From positions 26,908,001 to 26,972,000 of the forward strand of contig OX442314.1 in the NCBI GenBank assembly GCA_949358305.1: 64,000 nt of DNA, given 5' to 3'. The position numbers and the translations under genes were made by a program. The notes under the pieces are model-generated. The model ran no database searches and was not told the origin of the DNA. It saw nothing but the letters and a program-made list of their open reading frames with translations. This stretch comes from Strigamia acuminata. Its lineage: Eukaryota. Below are positions 1 through 14,200 of this stretch, piece by piece (position 1 is the stretch's first letter; each line of letters opens with the position of its first letter).

Positions 1-1506
1 TTTCTGCCCGGTCCCCATTGGGAATTGACTTGGCCTTTAACATGTGATCAGAGGTGACTTGTTCTGTCAAGACATTTTTGACAGAGAGAATAATTTTCGC
101 CTTCGACTAGTCAACATCTTCTGTCTCAAACTGGAAGGTTTCCAAGTGCGATTATGTTGCGTCTCAACGCATACGGTCATTATGCAGCCCGAATTCTCAT
201 GTTAGTCTAACTAACCACAACATTTATTATTTGCCCATTATTTGCGTATGAATTGCTGGAAAAACGGCGTATTCGACGGTCTCAATTCGTCAATACATTT
301 TATGCCACGACTGTGACTTCCTCCTCAGCCTAGACATTTTGAACTTATACTCGTCTCAATTGCGTATTCATTTCATTATCGACGGTTCGACGACGTTGTC
401 TGCGGTTTGGTACCTGTTTGCGCGTTCACCCAACGTTTGCGCGTGTTCAGGAGAAGAAATATACTCTTCGTAAGTACGCCTAGCATATGACGACATTTTC
501 CCTAGTGAAGAGCGATATTTTGGTCTTAAAATTCGAAGTATCAACGTTCGCCATTTTGTACGGCGCCCGAATTGAATCCTGCACCCATAAAATACAGATT
601 TCACGAATAGACGCTGTCTTAACCTAGCTACCACCCCCGGCAAAGTTTTAAGAGTTGCAGCGCCTGCGAACCTAAATTTTCTGGTTATTACAATCCCTGG
701 AAATTCTTAAATTTCCGAAACCATTGTTAAAAAGTCGACTACGACGTGACAACGTGTTTTGTCATTTGTGCAAACGAAGTTCATGCTTGCTTCTGATGCA
801 TGTAAATTTGAAATACAAAAATCTTTTTTTAAAAATCCAATAGAACCCCCACACAACCTGAACAACACCCAAACACTGTCTTTAACTTCTTCTTTCTTCA
901 TCTAAGCTAAGTTATTGGTTTTATAAAGTGAATTAAAATGTGTCATGCAGGAGTAAAACCTTGGACATAAAAAAGTTTCTTACCTGCTCAAGCTCGGGCT
1001 CAAGGCTACTTGAATACTATAAGGTTGCGCCATCTGGTGGAAATTTAACGATTTTTTGCGCATTGATCTGCGCACAACGTCACAGAAACGTGCGTGCTGT
1101 CACAGATTATAATCTTGTGTTGCTGTATCACCGGCCATTCATGACGTCAAATTACTGAACAGATTTTTAAATTACATTTAATTAAATTTTAATTCACACG
1201 CATAAAATTTTATTTTATTTTATGTTAACTTAAAATTTGACTTTTAACTCTCGGTATTAAATATCCCTAACAATCTGAAGTCACGTACCAGCATGATACC
1301 AGTATTATTTTAGAACTTTTACATATGTTGCTGCGCCCTTTGATGACGACACGCTTTTTGACCAATGACATCAAAGTATCCAAGTTGCACCCCCCTGGCT
1401 CGTGCTCCAGAATGAGTATTTTCAACACCAACCACCAGATGGTGCAAAAACTAGTTTATTTTTTGTGACATCCCAGAGTTTAAGAAATTCATAACTAGAC
1501 ACGAGC

Positions 1507-1883
1507 CAGTGTTGAACATCGGGTACCCGTACCCGTAACCGTAACCGTACCCGCCTGTACCCTACGGGTAACGGGTACAGATCTCCCGCGACTCCCGGTT
1601 ACGCGTCGGGTACGTTTTTTTAATTTTCAACGTGTGGTGCTAACGTCGTAAATATGAGCTATAAAAATGTTAGCACCATGTTGCGAATTAACACAACAAC
1701 ACGAACAGTCGAACAACACGTAACACGAACCGAAAATGCTTGATTTGATTGCGATCGGTATGGGTACGGGTAGGGTACAGTGTGTACGGCTACTGGTAGG
1801 GTAGGGTACGGGTAAGAAATTTTAATGGGGGACGGGTAACGGGCGGGTAACGGGTAGAGCTTTTATGCCAATGTTCAACACTG
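1507..1883. mobile_element. hAT-type MITE
   Basis: TIR CAGTGTTGAACAT; 8-bp TSD ACACGAGC; subterminal TACCCG repeats. Confidence 0.9.
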
Positions 1884-2001
1884 ACACGAGCAACCGATTA
1901 GCAGACATGGCTGCCTGCCTGCCGAGAACTGTGTTCGAATCGCCATCTGAACAATTTCATCACGTTTTCATCACAATTGACTCAGATAAGTATTAAACTG
2001 A

Positions 2002-3700
2002 CTAGCTGTTCACCCGCCGTTCACCCGTAAACCATAAATCAATTTTTGCCATAAATCAAACACATTAGAGAGTTTGCGGGATGCATTTTTCCCTTACAGT
2101 TAAAAACTATATGGTATAAAAATAGTGTAAGGAAAAAATAATAAAATAAGTTTTTGCGGGCTGCACTTTTCCCTTATCACTACACTATTTCAGCCAACTA
2201 CTGACAGTTAGTAATTTTGAGCCTAAAAATTCAATTTGGGGATATAAATGTGCAAATTTCTGCATAAAATACCGTTATAATGCCTATAAAGTATGGTTTT
2301 GTGCCTAAAATTAAATTCTGGGCCTCACTTATCATTCAATCTACATACCTAGGACTGATGTGTTTGATCGGGACAACAAAATAATCGCCATTTGCAATGG
2401 GCGGAGCTAACAATATAGTGTTCTCAATTGTGATTGGCTGCGCTATATTTTAATTTAGTGTTGAAAACGATACACTAAAGATTTTTCCCTTACGATATGG
2501 CACTAAAATAGTGTAACGTGGCATAAAATAAGGGAAACTCTCTACTGATATAAACCTTAATACGTGCCCTTGATGCGATCGAAGCGAAGAAATTAAAATG
2601 GCGGCGAATGAGGTCGTTGCTAATCCAAATTTTAAGGCCATACCGGATTGGCTGAGCTACATTTTATTTTAGTGTTCAAAACTATACACTAAAGGTTGTT
2701 TGCTCCACGATACACTATTCAAATAGTGTGCCGTAGAGCTAAATAAGGGAAAAATGCATCCCGCAAACTCTCTCATAACTTATATGTACAGCAAAATAAA
2801 AATAAAATAAAAATAAATTTTGTAAAATAATGGAAAACCCAAACCAAAATCCAACACAAATTTAACCCAAACCAAACCAAACCAAAATCATACCCAACAA
2901 ACCAAACGCCAATGCAGCCATCATCCACCAACATCCCCGCAAGCACCTGCCATCACCCCCGCATGCACCCGCCATTACCCCGACAAGCACCCGCCATCAC
3001 CTCCGCAAATACTCGCAAAGACCCGCAAAGACCTGCCATCTATCGGTAGCTTTTATCATTTTCTCCTCCTTTTTTATCCAAATAAGATCGATTTTTGCTA
3101 ATAAAAAGCCCAACCATAATTCCAATCAAAGAGTTATTGACACTATCGCTTTCAGCGGGATTTTTCACACTGGAAACATGTTTTAAACAATCAAATCGCT
3201 CCATTTTTTTTAAATTTTGGGTTTTTCATGGTCGAATTCAAATTTTGAAAAAATTTTCCAAAGATCGCCCGAATCGGTACTTTTTCTTGACCGAATCAAA
3301 AATTAAAAAATACAGGCTTGTGCAGAATTGTCTCCTCTAGTTTCAGAATTTTCCGAGCTCATCTTGATGTAGAAACAATTGAAAAACATATCGCGATGAA
3401 CATTTTGAAATTTATTCATTCGATTCACCCGCTAAATTGGGCAGAATCGCTACTTTTTTTCACCCGAATCAAAAAATAAAAAAAACAGGCTCGTGCAGAA
3501 TTGTCTGCTCCTTAAAATGAGCTTGGTTTCAGAATTATCGGACCGTATTTCGGCATAGAAACCAACAAAAAACGTTTCGTGACAAAAATGTTTAAACCGC
3601 CACCAGGTGGCACTACCGTTTCTCGAGTGTTACACAGGAAGTGCGCGGACGGACGCAGCTTCGTACTCGTCGTATTTAGTAGCTTTAGGGGATTAGGGGA
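2002..3700 (-). mobile_element. Probable non-autonomous Helitron
   Basis: On the minus strand it starts A|TC at 3700 and ends GC-rich..CAGCTAG|T at 2002; internal duplication near 3250-3590; no TSD. Confidence 0.55.
2068..2772. mobile_element. TIR MITE nested in the Helitron-like element
   Basis: 29-bp TIR GAGAGTTTGCGGGATGCATTTTTCCCTTA; TSD not resolved. Confidence 0.75.
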
Positions 3701-4920
3701 TTTATTTTATCTGTATTCTTTAGATTTAAAGTGCGTTGCTTTTATTCATATTTTACAGTTGTAGTCAAGTCGAGAAAACATAGAACTATAAAATGGAAGT
3801 AGTTGGCTGTTAAAAGCTGTAGCGTTTTTGTTAAACAAATTAACTATTTTTTCGTCAGGTGGCAATAGTAGCAATGTACGTACGAGCATGGCAGCGTTGT
3901 CGTAGCGAGATCAACTAGCCGAAATGGTAAATTGTATAACGGAAAAAAGAAAGCGTATTTAAAAAAAATTGTAAATGATAAAATATCGTAATGTTTAGCC
4001 ACATACAGTAGATGTCTGATGTATTTCAAGCTTCGCTCCACATTAAACTAATGGGTTCAAACGAAAATGATAATGCTAAAATGCGCCAGGTTAAAACGTA
4101 TCGATTAGTATGAATAAATTATTTTCTTCTCTTTTATTTTATTTTATTTATTCACTTATTTATTTATTTTCTGTTAGGTTGTTACATGACTACTAAAATG
4201 AATCGATATACAACAACGATGAAAAAGACTGACAATACATATAGTATAAACAGATAATGACTTTTAAAGGTACGATTTTACAATTATGCAATGTGCCGAT
4301 GTGATTTCAATCTTGCAACAAAGTATCAATGGGAGTTCAAATTCTTTGGAGTACGTTAAAACAAACCATTTGCAATCGTGGTATTATCGTAATTTTAATA
4401 TACCATTTATTGCTATCATTATCCGTTAAGGTGCATTTATTTTAAGTTTTATTGTGTTATATAGAATTCCACTTAAGTAAACCAACTAATACGATAACCT
4501 CAATTTGCTGATGCAGAATGTATCATAACTAATTTTAAGAACTGAAGTGGGTGTTTTTATTCAGCTAATGATAGGAAAAGAAGTTTGAGTATTAGACAAT
4601 TGATACACGACAAAATATAGAAAAATACACTAGGAACTACCGTTTGGTGGGTCACAAAAGCAATTTTTTTTAAATTGTCACAGTTGTGCAAATAAATAAG
4701 TAAGTACCTGTATAGGTTGTAAAAAAAATCAAAAGTGGAAAAAAAACATTTTTTGATTATGGTTTGACATTTTCTAGCTAGTCAATAAGTATTGCTAAAA
4801 AAATTCATTGCGCTGAGGATAAAGTAGGTTGCTAAAATGTTTGACTATCTCCGCATTAATCTGCTGTACGTAATATATTTAGAACTCAACATATACCACA
4901 ATTGTTATAATACCTGGTAC

Positions 4921-5296
4921 TTAAGAAAAATATTTTTTAACAGTTGTGTAGCAATTTTGAAACAACTCTGGTATGATGAGCAATGATAGACCAAACAATA
5001 AACCAAAGGCATTTGCCAAATCACAGAAAAGATCTTCGAGGCTGTATTTAATAATTTCAACGTATTGCTCGATGAAATTTGTAGCTAGCATTATAAAAAG
5101 AAAAGGTACATCTGATGCTTCAGGATTCTGAGAATAAAGATTTGTTTGGTGAATAACTTTCTTGCAAGTAGGCCGACAGTCACATTCTCCTTTTGTGTTG
5201 ATATTCAGAGACAAATTAATGAATTTTGCCAAGACTTCTTTAGCTTCTGATGCAGACTTGCACATGTTTGTGAATGTGTTATTAGTAAATGGTAAC
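4921..5296 (-). CDS. Copy A exon 11: CDCRPTC, TM2 of domain 2, stop
   Basis: In frame with ORF 4921-5331; follows a 54-nt intron; TM2 is DLANAFGLLFGLSLL. Confidence 0.88.
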
Positions 5297-8200
5297 CTAG
5301 TCGATAAATCAAATATTTTTTCACGTGTCATGCGACTGCTGATAACTTACCGGCATGAGATTGATTTGAATAACTTGTCTTGAAAGCATTTGTCGTGGCA
5401 TTGTATATATTCTTCTTCCTTTTCAATACATTTACGTGATTTCAAATTCAGTGAAATTTTCTGTAAGTATAGAGAATTGGTTAAATTACTCTTAAGTGTT
5501 CTTTTCATGTTATGCCTGTGACGATTCTACTTTTGGCTGAATAATTAGCCATTTAAGAGTGATAAATCGGTTTAAACAAGACATTACTACATCTAGTAAC
5601 AACCTAACCGAGATAAGCTACGGAAGTCTGTACAATGTGAATATGTGACCAAATATAATAACTTACGATTTTGTGCGATATAATTACATGTTTATTAACA
5701 TTACAACTGGGTTGAGGTTCTGGATAAGTGTAACGGCGGCTACACTGGTTGAGGATCCGGGCGATGCTGTTCGAGTGGTGCGGCTGACTTTGCGGCATCG
5801 TCACAGTTAGCGCTACGGAGACGTATTCGGTCCCGCAGCTCGGATATCTATTAATACGAAGAATCCTTCGTATTTGGTCGGGAATGTTCATTAGAATATT
5901 CCGTGTTCAAATCAACAAAGCATTATTAGTGTAATATAACAAATGAATTGTTATATTGTTATTCTATGGGCGGGGACAGTCACGACAGTCGAGGGGACCA
6001 TCGCGGGAGTTGTTGAGGCTCCATCCGCCAGCATGCCTTACGACGACAAGATCTCGTGATCAGGCGCCGGGTATTTGTTTTCTGCGTTAAGTCGCTTTCA
6101 GTGGTACCAACCACTGGGTAAACAGTTCCTGGGGGACTACCAGATCGGCATTACCAATACCCGAGTATTTGTTTAGCGCAAGGTATGAATGCAATTGCTC
6201 ACGGGCTACCAACCCGGTGCGTCATCTGTGAATAAGGCTTTTACCGACCTCAGACAAGTCTTGCCTACTTAACGGAAGGGCCAATGCACTGCATCGGAAC
6301 CCTGGGGATACGGTTTGCCCATATTTGTTAAACAGGTTCGACTTCCCGTATATGTGCTCTGGCAGAGCATCTGACCTATGATCGGAGAATCACGCAAATA
6401 GATGCGACTATCACCGATCATATAATTTGATATTTGTTTAACGGTGTTAATCAATCCCGTGCATGGACGATATACTATGCCACCGTACGAAATCTAACTG
6501 TCCCTTGGAACAGCAAGCTAGCGCTACGGGGCCATTTCATGTTGTTAACATGTCTACTGGAGTTAGCCTTCCCAGATATGCCCTACAACAAGCAATAACG
6601 TGATAGTAATAATACATATCCATTGAGAGCTGAGGAGGCCTGATGTGTCGATAGGAAAGTGAGATCAAGCGATAACAGCATTTCAACTACAGACAATATA
6701 AACGGCAACATATTATTTTACCCCCATTTTGACTAGTTTTTACCCCCAAAAGGGGGTTTATTTTTCCCCCCATCCAAACTCCCCCAAGTAAACTAAAGAG
6801 CCCCCCTAACTGTACTATCCCCTACTATTGTATTTTTCCCCCAACCAATTAACCCCCATTTATTTGTAAACGAACCCCCAAGAATTATTTATACAACCCC
6901 CTACGTTTCAAACACTTTCCCCATTGTTACGTCTTGGCTACGGTTAGATTTTGTAGTATATAAGTCGGTCTGGAAGAATCACATAGGGTAACCATAAAAC
7001 ACTGTTGCACAGTTGTAGTAACAATGGCACCTACTCGACTTGTAATTAACGATTCCGATACCGAATCCGATTCCGATAGTTGTGAGTACGAGCCGCCAAC
7101 CAAACGGAAGACTTTTGAGTGGACAAAAATTCGAACCTTTTCTACGGGTGAGGAAGCCAAAGAATACATCCGGAATGAGAAAATGTGGACTTACAAGCGG
7201 ACAGAGTTTTCCATCCTATTTGTGTCGCTGTTTGCAAATACGAGACGACAGACGACTTTGCGTTCCTTTTCCGTGGACATCATAAGTTGAAAGGGATGGT
7301 GAAATGTTGGTCTTTGGAAAGGCACATGGAATCTGTCAATGTCAAGAAGTTTGCTCTTACTCCAACGGTTACCTTACAGCACTACACCGACGGTTACAAC
7401 TGGAAACGAACAAAACCTAGCGTGATTGTCCGTGTACAAGGTAATGTTAAGTCTTACTATGTCACCCCTGGTGGACAACCAAACTTAACAGACACCAGTG
7501 TAAAGAAAGCGTGGGCGCCCAGCTAAAGCGAAGAGGGCCTTGTGTACGCAGTGAGAAGATATTGGGATTACGTGGGGGGTACTTTAGAAATTATTGGGGG
7601 TAAAATTGGTTGGGGGGCAAACACATTACTAGGGGGAAATAAAGTTTGGGGCGGTTATTTAGTTTACACGGGGGGGTTTGGTTGGGGGAAAATTTTATTC
7701 CACTTAGCGGCCAAAATTTAGTCAAAATGGGGGTGGTTTAAATCGGACCCAATATAAACATATTCAGAATCAAGCCAAGGGGGTCGCGCTGGTGAAAACC
7801 AGAGCTTATATAGTTCTAGAGAACAATCAGATTGGTGACAGCCAATCAGATGCCTGAATCGATGGATTCGTGGATCACTAGTCCGGACCTAATATTGAAC
7901 TGGGTCCAGAAGAGTCCGATTGGTTCTCTTCAGAAGGTAAGTACAACAGAATATTGATTCGATAGAATCAATATCTCAAGTAAATAATACTTTGTGGAGT
8001 CGAATAAAATACTGTATATTTTATTCGCAACGTTTATATTAATTCTTAATATAACTCGTAACTTTATCGAGTTTAAACTGCGCGCGTTTAGATAAACAGC
8101 GCCATCTAGTGTGAACATTGGATAATACGGTTTTATAACCGTCACACATCCCCCGGTGACAAGCATAGAGTTTCCAACTGTTTAATTGTCATTCTTAATA

Positions 8201-11200
8201 TCTTAAGAAATGTTCACCAAATTCTATTGAATTATCAGACTCAACTCGTACCGTTTTAATTTATTCAAAATTAATCAACTATTTCTTTTCAGAAACATCG
8301 CAAACGATTAGACTAATCGGCTTACCCGCACAGCACATCTCCTGGTTGCCAAGCAACGAAATGAACTCGTCCGAACTTGTACTCATGTTCGACAGTGCGG
8401 ATTTCGATGGAAATCTTAACTTCTTCGATCACAATAAACTTCTCCGCAGTTTATATAAGTTAGAAGAGACAAATAAATAAATTTATGCAAAACTTTATTT
8501 ATCAAATCTAATCTACGAATCATTCTTTATTACGATTGTTATAAAAATGAAAACTGACTTCAACTTGAAGTCTTTAAACTTTGATCAAAGTAAAAACAAA
8601 ACACACAAATCTTTATGCAATTCAAAACACATCTAATTATGAAAATAATCAAGATCAAAAATAAATTGAATTCAAACTTGAATCCAATTCTTTAAGCAAA
8701 CTTATTCTCATGAATAATAATAATTAGTTCAAAAATCTTCAAACAATTAAACAAATTATTCTTAATTCGAAAATAAACGAAATCACACATGAAAACACAA
8801 CAAACAACACTTGGCATACTTTAAATTTAAAGTATCCACTCGAAAAAACAAATGTTAATTTCTACTCCTTCTTCTCGACGTCAGTCGATTTCTCAACCGG
8901 TTTCTCAACTTCAGTTGAAGTTAGAAAGTCTGAAGATTCTTCAGTCGCCTCAGTGGAGACGGCGGAAAATACTGCTTCCTCGGGTTTCTCCACTTCCTCC
9001 GGACTCGGTGGAGGGAATGGCAAATCTTCCAAAAGATCAGCCACGAAGTCGACGATGGAAATCGGGTTCTCCTCGGCATCCTCGTACTTCGACTCGTCGG
9101 AAATCTCCGACTTAGCAACTGGGGGAACCTCCGGTCGTTTGTTCTGCTCCGTCACGATTTTCTGGAGCCGACGGGCTCGTCCTCGAGCGACGATGTTTTG
9201 TCGCTGTTCTTGGGCGATTGCCTTAGCTCTGTCTAGAGTGAGACATCCTCGCCCACGAGACATGGTTCTCGGGCGAGTGACCACTTCTTCCTCGACGCTC
9301 TCAGCTTCTTGCACCGTTTCGTCCGAAACTTCGGATACATTCGACGAAGGTGGATGTCGGAAGGCTTCGACCGTCAGTCCAGCATTAGCAGCGGCTCTTT
9401 CCTTTGTGAGGAACCTGGGATCGATGTAGACGGCCTCTCCTCGAGCGTTGAGAAACACGCGACAGATTGGGCAGTGAGCCCAACATCTCTTCTCGTTTGG
9501 CTTCATCCCCTTCACGACGTGGGGCTCCACCTCCTTGCGCCAGGGCTCTGAGCGCGGTCGCACCTTCGTGCCTCGGCAGTTGGGACATCTCATGAGAGAA
9601 GAGCCAGCGGAAGCACCGCAACACCAACCACAACCAACACAAAACGGGCAGATGGTCTCTGTTGCCTGGTCGGTAACTATATTGTCGTGGGGGATTCCCT
9701 GCGCAATATCACGCGCACACTGCTCACGACGCAGTCGGGCCGCCTCGTCTTTCTTCTTGGCTTTAAAAGCCATGCGCTGCTCGCGGGAACGAGTCGTCGA
9801 AGCCGGTATACGAAAAGCTCCTGGCGGAGGTTCCGTCCATCCAGACGATGAAGCAGACGATTCTGCTCCGGCGGGAATCCATCCTGGATTCGCAGCTACA
9901 GTTGTAACTGGAATACTGGCAGCGGAAGTATTCGCGACGATTGGCGGAACACTCGCTACGGGTGGCTGGAACACTGGCGTGTGAGGGGCCAGTGGGACAC
10001 TGATGACGTTAGTCGGCGGGTGTACCAGTTGTGCGAGCGGGGCCAGTTGGGCCATTGGAGCTGGCTCAGAAATAGTCAGCTGGGCACTTATCCCGGGAAG
10101 GACTTTCGTTAGCAGCGGCGCATTCTCTTGCATATTAGGCGGAAGGCATTCCGGGTGCGAACCAATCCAGTTCAAGGCGGCTAATTGAAGCGGCGTCAGG
10201 TTGAATGTCGGCACGGGCGCAATTTGTTGCAACCTTATCAAATTTTGTTCGGCTGAACGACGCTGCTCCTTTTCCGTCGAGGTGGACGAGCTGGAGCTGG
10301 TGCTACGTTGATGCCGACGGTGACTGCGTTTAGAATGATGCTTATTTGAACCCATTCTAAACAAATAAATTATTTATTAAAATAATTTCGCTTCAAAAAA
10401 AAACTTCAATTCTTTGAATTCAAAAAATTGCAAAACTACGTTCGTAACAACTTCGTGTAAATTGAGTTATTTATAACTTGTATCACATGGCACTTAATGA
10501 CTCATGTCCCCTTGTGTTTATGACAAGAGAATAGACTCGCCTGAAGGATTGTTCAAAATTGCAACTTGTTGAGTTTTCTCTCGAAAATTCTTTTAGACTA
10601 ACTTTTTCATGAAAAGTCTAGTTCTGAATAATTAATTATTCTATTCTACGTATGGGTGAAAATAAAATAACGAATAAACTTCGGTTGGGAATTTATTACA
10701 ATTAAAATATTACCCAAGCCTCGACCGCGACTTAATTTTAAATTAATGCTACCACGCGAAAGTTCAATAACGTATTATCTGAATTTAAGCTTCTTCATTA
10801 TTTAATAGAACAATTAATTCTCCTGCTAAATTAGCTAAGTCACGTTTATAACTACACGTGAATTTTACCCAGTTTTAATCAAAACTTAATCGGGACGCCG
10901 TATACGAGTGTTACGAACAATTTTTACATTCTTTGAAAAAGAATTCAAGATTTACTTACGTAACTATCGATTTAGGAACTCCTAATTTTCCGCAAACTCT
11001 CACTTAATGGATAAGTTCGTTCGTTTTAATCTTTCTCGACGTGCGAAGAAAAGGTAGAGACGAGTAGACTGGTGTCCTCGTGTTGAAGTGTGTGTGTGCA
11101 ATGAACCCTGGGATTTTTATCCCCTTTTTAATCGGGTTCGAGGTTTAATCGCACTTCGATAATCACGTGTCTTCGTGAGAAGACGAGATCACTTGTTTCA

Positions 11201-14200
11201 AGTAAATCTTCGTATTTTTTAGTAATAAAAAATACCTGCATATCTCAAATAAAATGAATCAATGAGATAATCTATCGAAACTAATTAATTTCAATACAAG
11301 TTTATATTTTAATATAAATCTGACAAAAATGCGTGTTTATTATGTCCCCCGGTGTTGAGATTATAAATCACTACACGAATTTAGACATGTAAAATAAGAT
11401 AAACCTTGAGATTTTATCTCATTGTTGGTAAGGCTTCCTGAATACTGCCGTAATATTTCGCACAAAATTTTCATCTGAATATTTCGGATTTGGAACTCGC
11501 TCTCTTCGAGGACGCGTGCTAGTTTGTTCAACTAGTTTCTGGGGTTTACGTGGTTTGCGAGGAGGTTTCTTTAGAGGTTCTCCTCGTTCCACTGCTGCTT
11601 TCTTCTCTACAGCAATTAATCGCTGTCGATGTCTATGTTTAGACTTTTCTTGTACAGATCCTTTAGTCTGTACTTGAGGCGAGTCGGATAATTCCATCGG
11701 AACTTCCGTAGGAGTTTCAGGAATTATTTCCTCTTGATCGGGAGGTGACGGAAGATCATTACTTTCGTCCATCCATTTAGGATTTTCCTGATCAGTATTT
11801 GAAGCAGTTTTCTGCCCTATTTTCCGAGTTTCAATCGGATATAACGGCGTGTAAGGATATAAAGCCTTAATATTCACTGATTTTTCTATTAAACCATCAG
11901 CAAGTTTGCGTAATTTATACGCGCTACCTGGAAGAATTTCGACAATCTCCCAAGGACCATCCCGCTTCTCAGCAAGACCTGCGGAGATCTTTTTATCTGC
12001 GCACGAGAGAATGTGAGTTTGTTTCCAAACTAAATCTCCCATTTTGAATTCAACAATTGTGAATTTTTGTTCATGAATCTTACGATGTCTCTCGTAATTC
12101 AATTGAATTCTTCTGTGCATCTCTTGATGCGCTCTACGTAATATGTCAAGTAATTCTTGAACATATTTCTCAGGGTTATGCTTGTCAAATGGATTGGCAT
12201 GCCTGAGAATTCTCGGATCGAAAGGTAAGGTAACAATTCTCCCCGTATTCAGCAACATCGGTGTCGCATTCGTTGCAGCCGATTTATTATTACGAATTAC
12301 AAATGCAAATTCGTCTAAATATCGCGGCCATTGGGTGTGCACATCAGTGTAAATTGCCAATAAAATCTTAATGTCCCTGTTGGCTCGCTCTGTCGGGTTA
12401 GCCTGAGCATGATAAGTGCTCGTATGAGCCGGTCGGATATGATAAGTTTCGCAATATTCATTATAAATATCTGAAACGAATTGTTTCCCATTATCACTAA
12501 CAATCTTCTTTGGGTGACCCCAACGATTTGCAACAGATCTTAATTCTTGAACGCAATTAGCGCTCGTGGCTTTGGTTAAAGCTTTAATCTCTACAAATTT
12601 AGTACAATTGTCAATTATGACGAAGACGTACTGATTTTGGGATCTCCCAGCTGGTTTTGGCCCCATTAAGTCCATATTAATATGTTCCCAAGGGTTGGTC
12701 ATGTTATGAGGTACATAAGGACCTGCACGCTTTTTCTGCTGATCCGGTTTGTATTGACTACAATGTGGGCAGCTTTTAACGCAATTTCTTACGCTTCGGC
12801 TCATTCCGGGCCAATAATATATCAATCGAATTTTCTCGAGAGTTTTACTCATGCCTGCGTGGCCGCTCAAAGGGTGACCATGACAGGCGAAAAGCACTCG
12901 CTTTATGAGTGACCTGGGAACAACTGCTTTGAAGCCATTACCAGAGTCATTGAGCTCTTCTTCAAACGAAGGGTTAAAGAAAATGATCATTTGATCGCCG
13001 TCATCTTCCTTTTTGTCCAAACAATAGTTTCTAACTTGGTTTTTCTATTCTTTTATTTCCGATTTCGGAATTCCAACAATTCTGTCGAATAAAAGATACT
13101 CTTGAATGCGTTTTCATTCAGTGTCGACTAACTGCGCGTCAATTATTTCCCTTCTTGTAGGTGGGACTTCTTTTATCACATCTGTGAGAGCACTATACAA
13201 AGTTTCTTGTATCTCCTCCCCCTCCCTTTCTTCAGAATATTCTTTAGAATTTTCTGAAAAATGGACACAAACATTTGCTAAATATTCTGACTTTCCTGGA
13301 GCACGATTCAAAGAAATCGAAGGATTGCCGTCCCATTCTGGCCAGTACTGATTTATTTCGATTGGTTCCACATGATCACGAAGAGGAATGTCTTCCTCTC
13401 CTAATGGAGCTCTCGAGAGTGCGTCTGCAACTTGGTTACAAGCACCCTTTCGAAATACAATCTTAAAGGCACCACATTGGATTCTTAAGGCCCATCGGCC
13501 AAATTTTCCCGATGGTTCAGGCGTTCGCATAAGCCATTTTAATGCTTCAGCATCTGACTCGAGTGTAAAAGTACCATATTCTAAATACGGTTTAAAACGA
13601 TCAATAGCCCACACGACTGCTAGGCATTCGAGTTCTGGCGTTGTGTAACGCTTCTCCGCTCCTCTCAATACTCTGCTTGCATAGGCTACAGGTCTGGCTG
13701 CCGTGCCAGTTTTCTTTTTGTCTTTATCCAAAAGATCAACATCTTGGCAGATGACAGCTCCTAAGCCTTCGTGAGATGCGTCAGTCATGACTACGAAAGG
13801 TTTGGACATGTCCGGTTTATGCAGACAATTGTCATTACAAAGTAGTGCTTTAATTTTATTAAAAGCTTCAGTTTGAGTATCTCCCCATTCAAATGGAGTT
13901 TTCTCATTCATCATACATGTGTATGGTGCAGCAATGGCTCCGTGATTAGGAACGAACTTCCTGAAGAAGTTTGTCATTCCATGAAACTGTTGAATGTCTT
14001 TAGCACATGTCGGAGTCGGAAATTTCATAATTGCAGAAATTTTATCGGGATCTCCATATAAACCGTCAGGTTTAATCCAATGTCCTAAGAACTTAAATTC
14101 TGTTCTTCCAAAACGAGACTTCGCTTTGTTAATCGTCATATTAGCTTGGTTAAGCTTTTCCAACACGTCTCTAACATGAATGAGATGTTCATCCCAAGTA

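Noticed and set aside
1..940. Degenerate minus-strand coding-like fragments
   Set aside because: Possibly a decayed transposon gene, but no motif I can identify.
8862..10364. env gene call for the third ORFs of Gypsy 1 and 3
   Set aside because: No signal peptide, fusion-peptide-like segment or TM anchor is visible.
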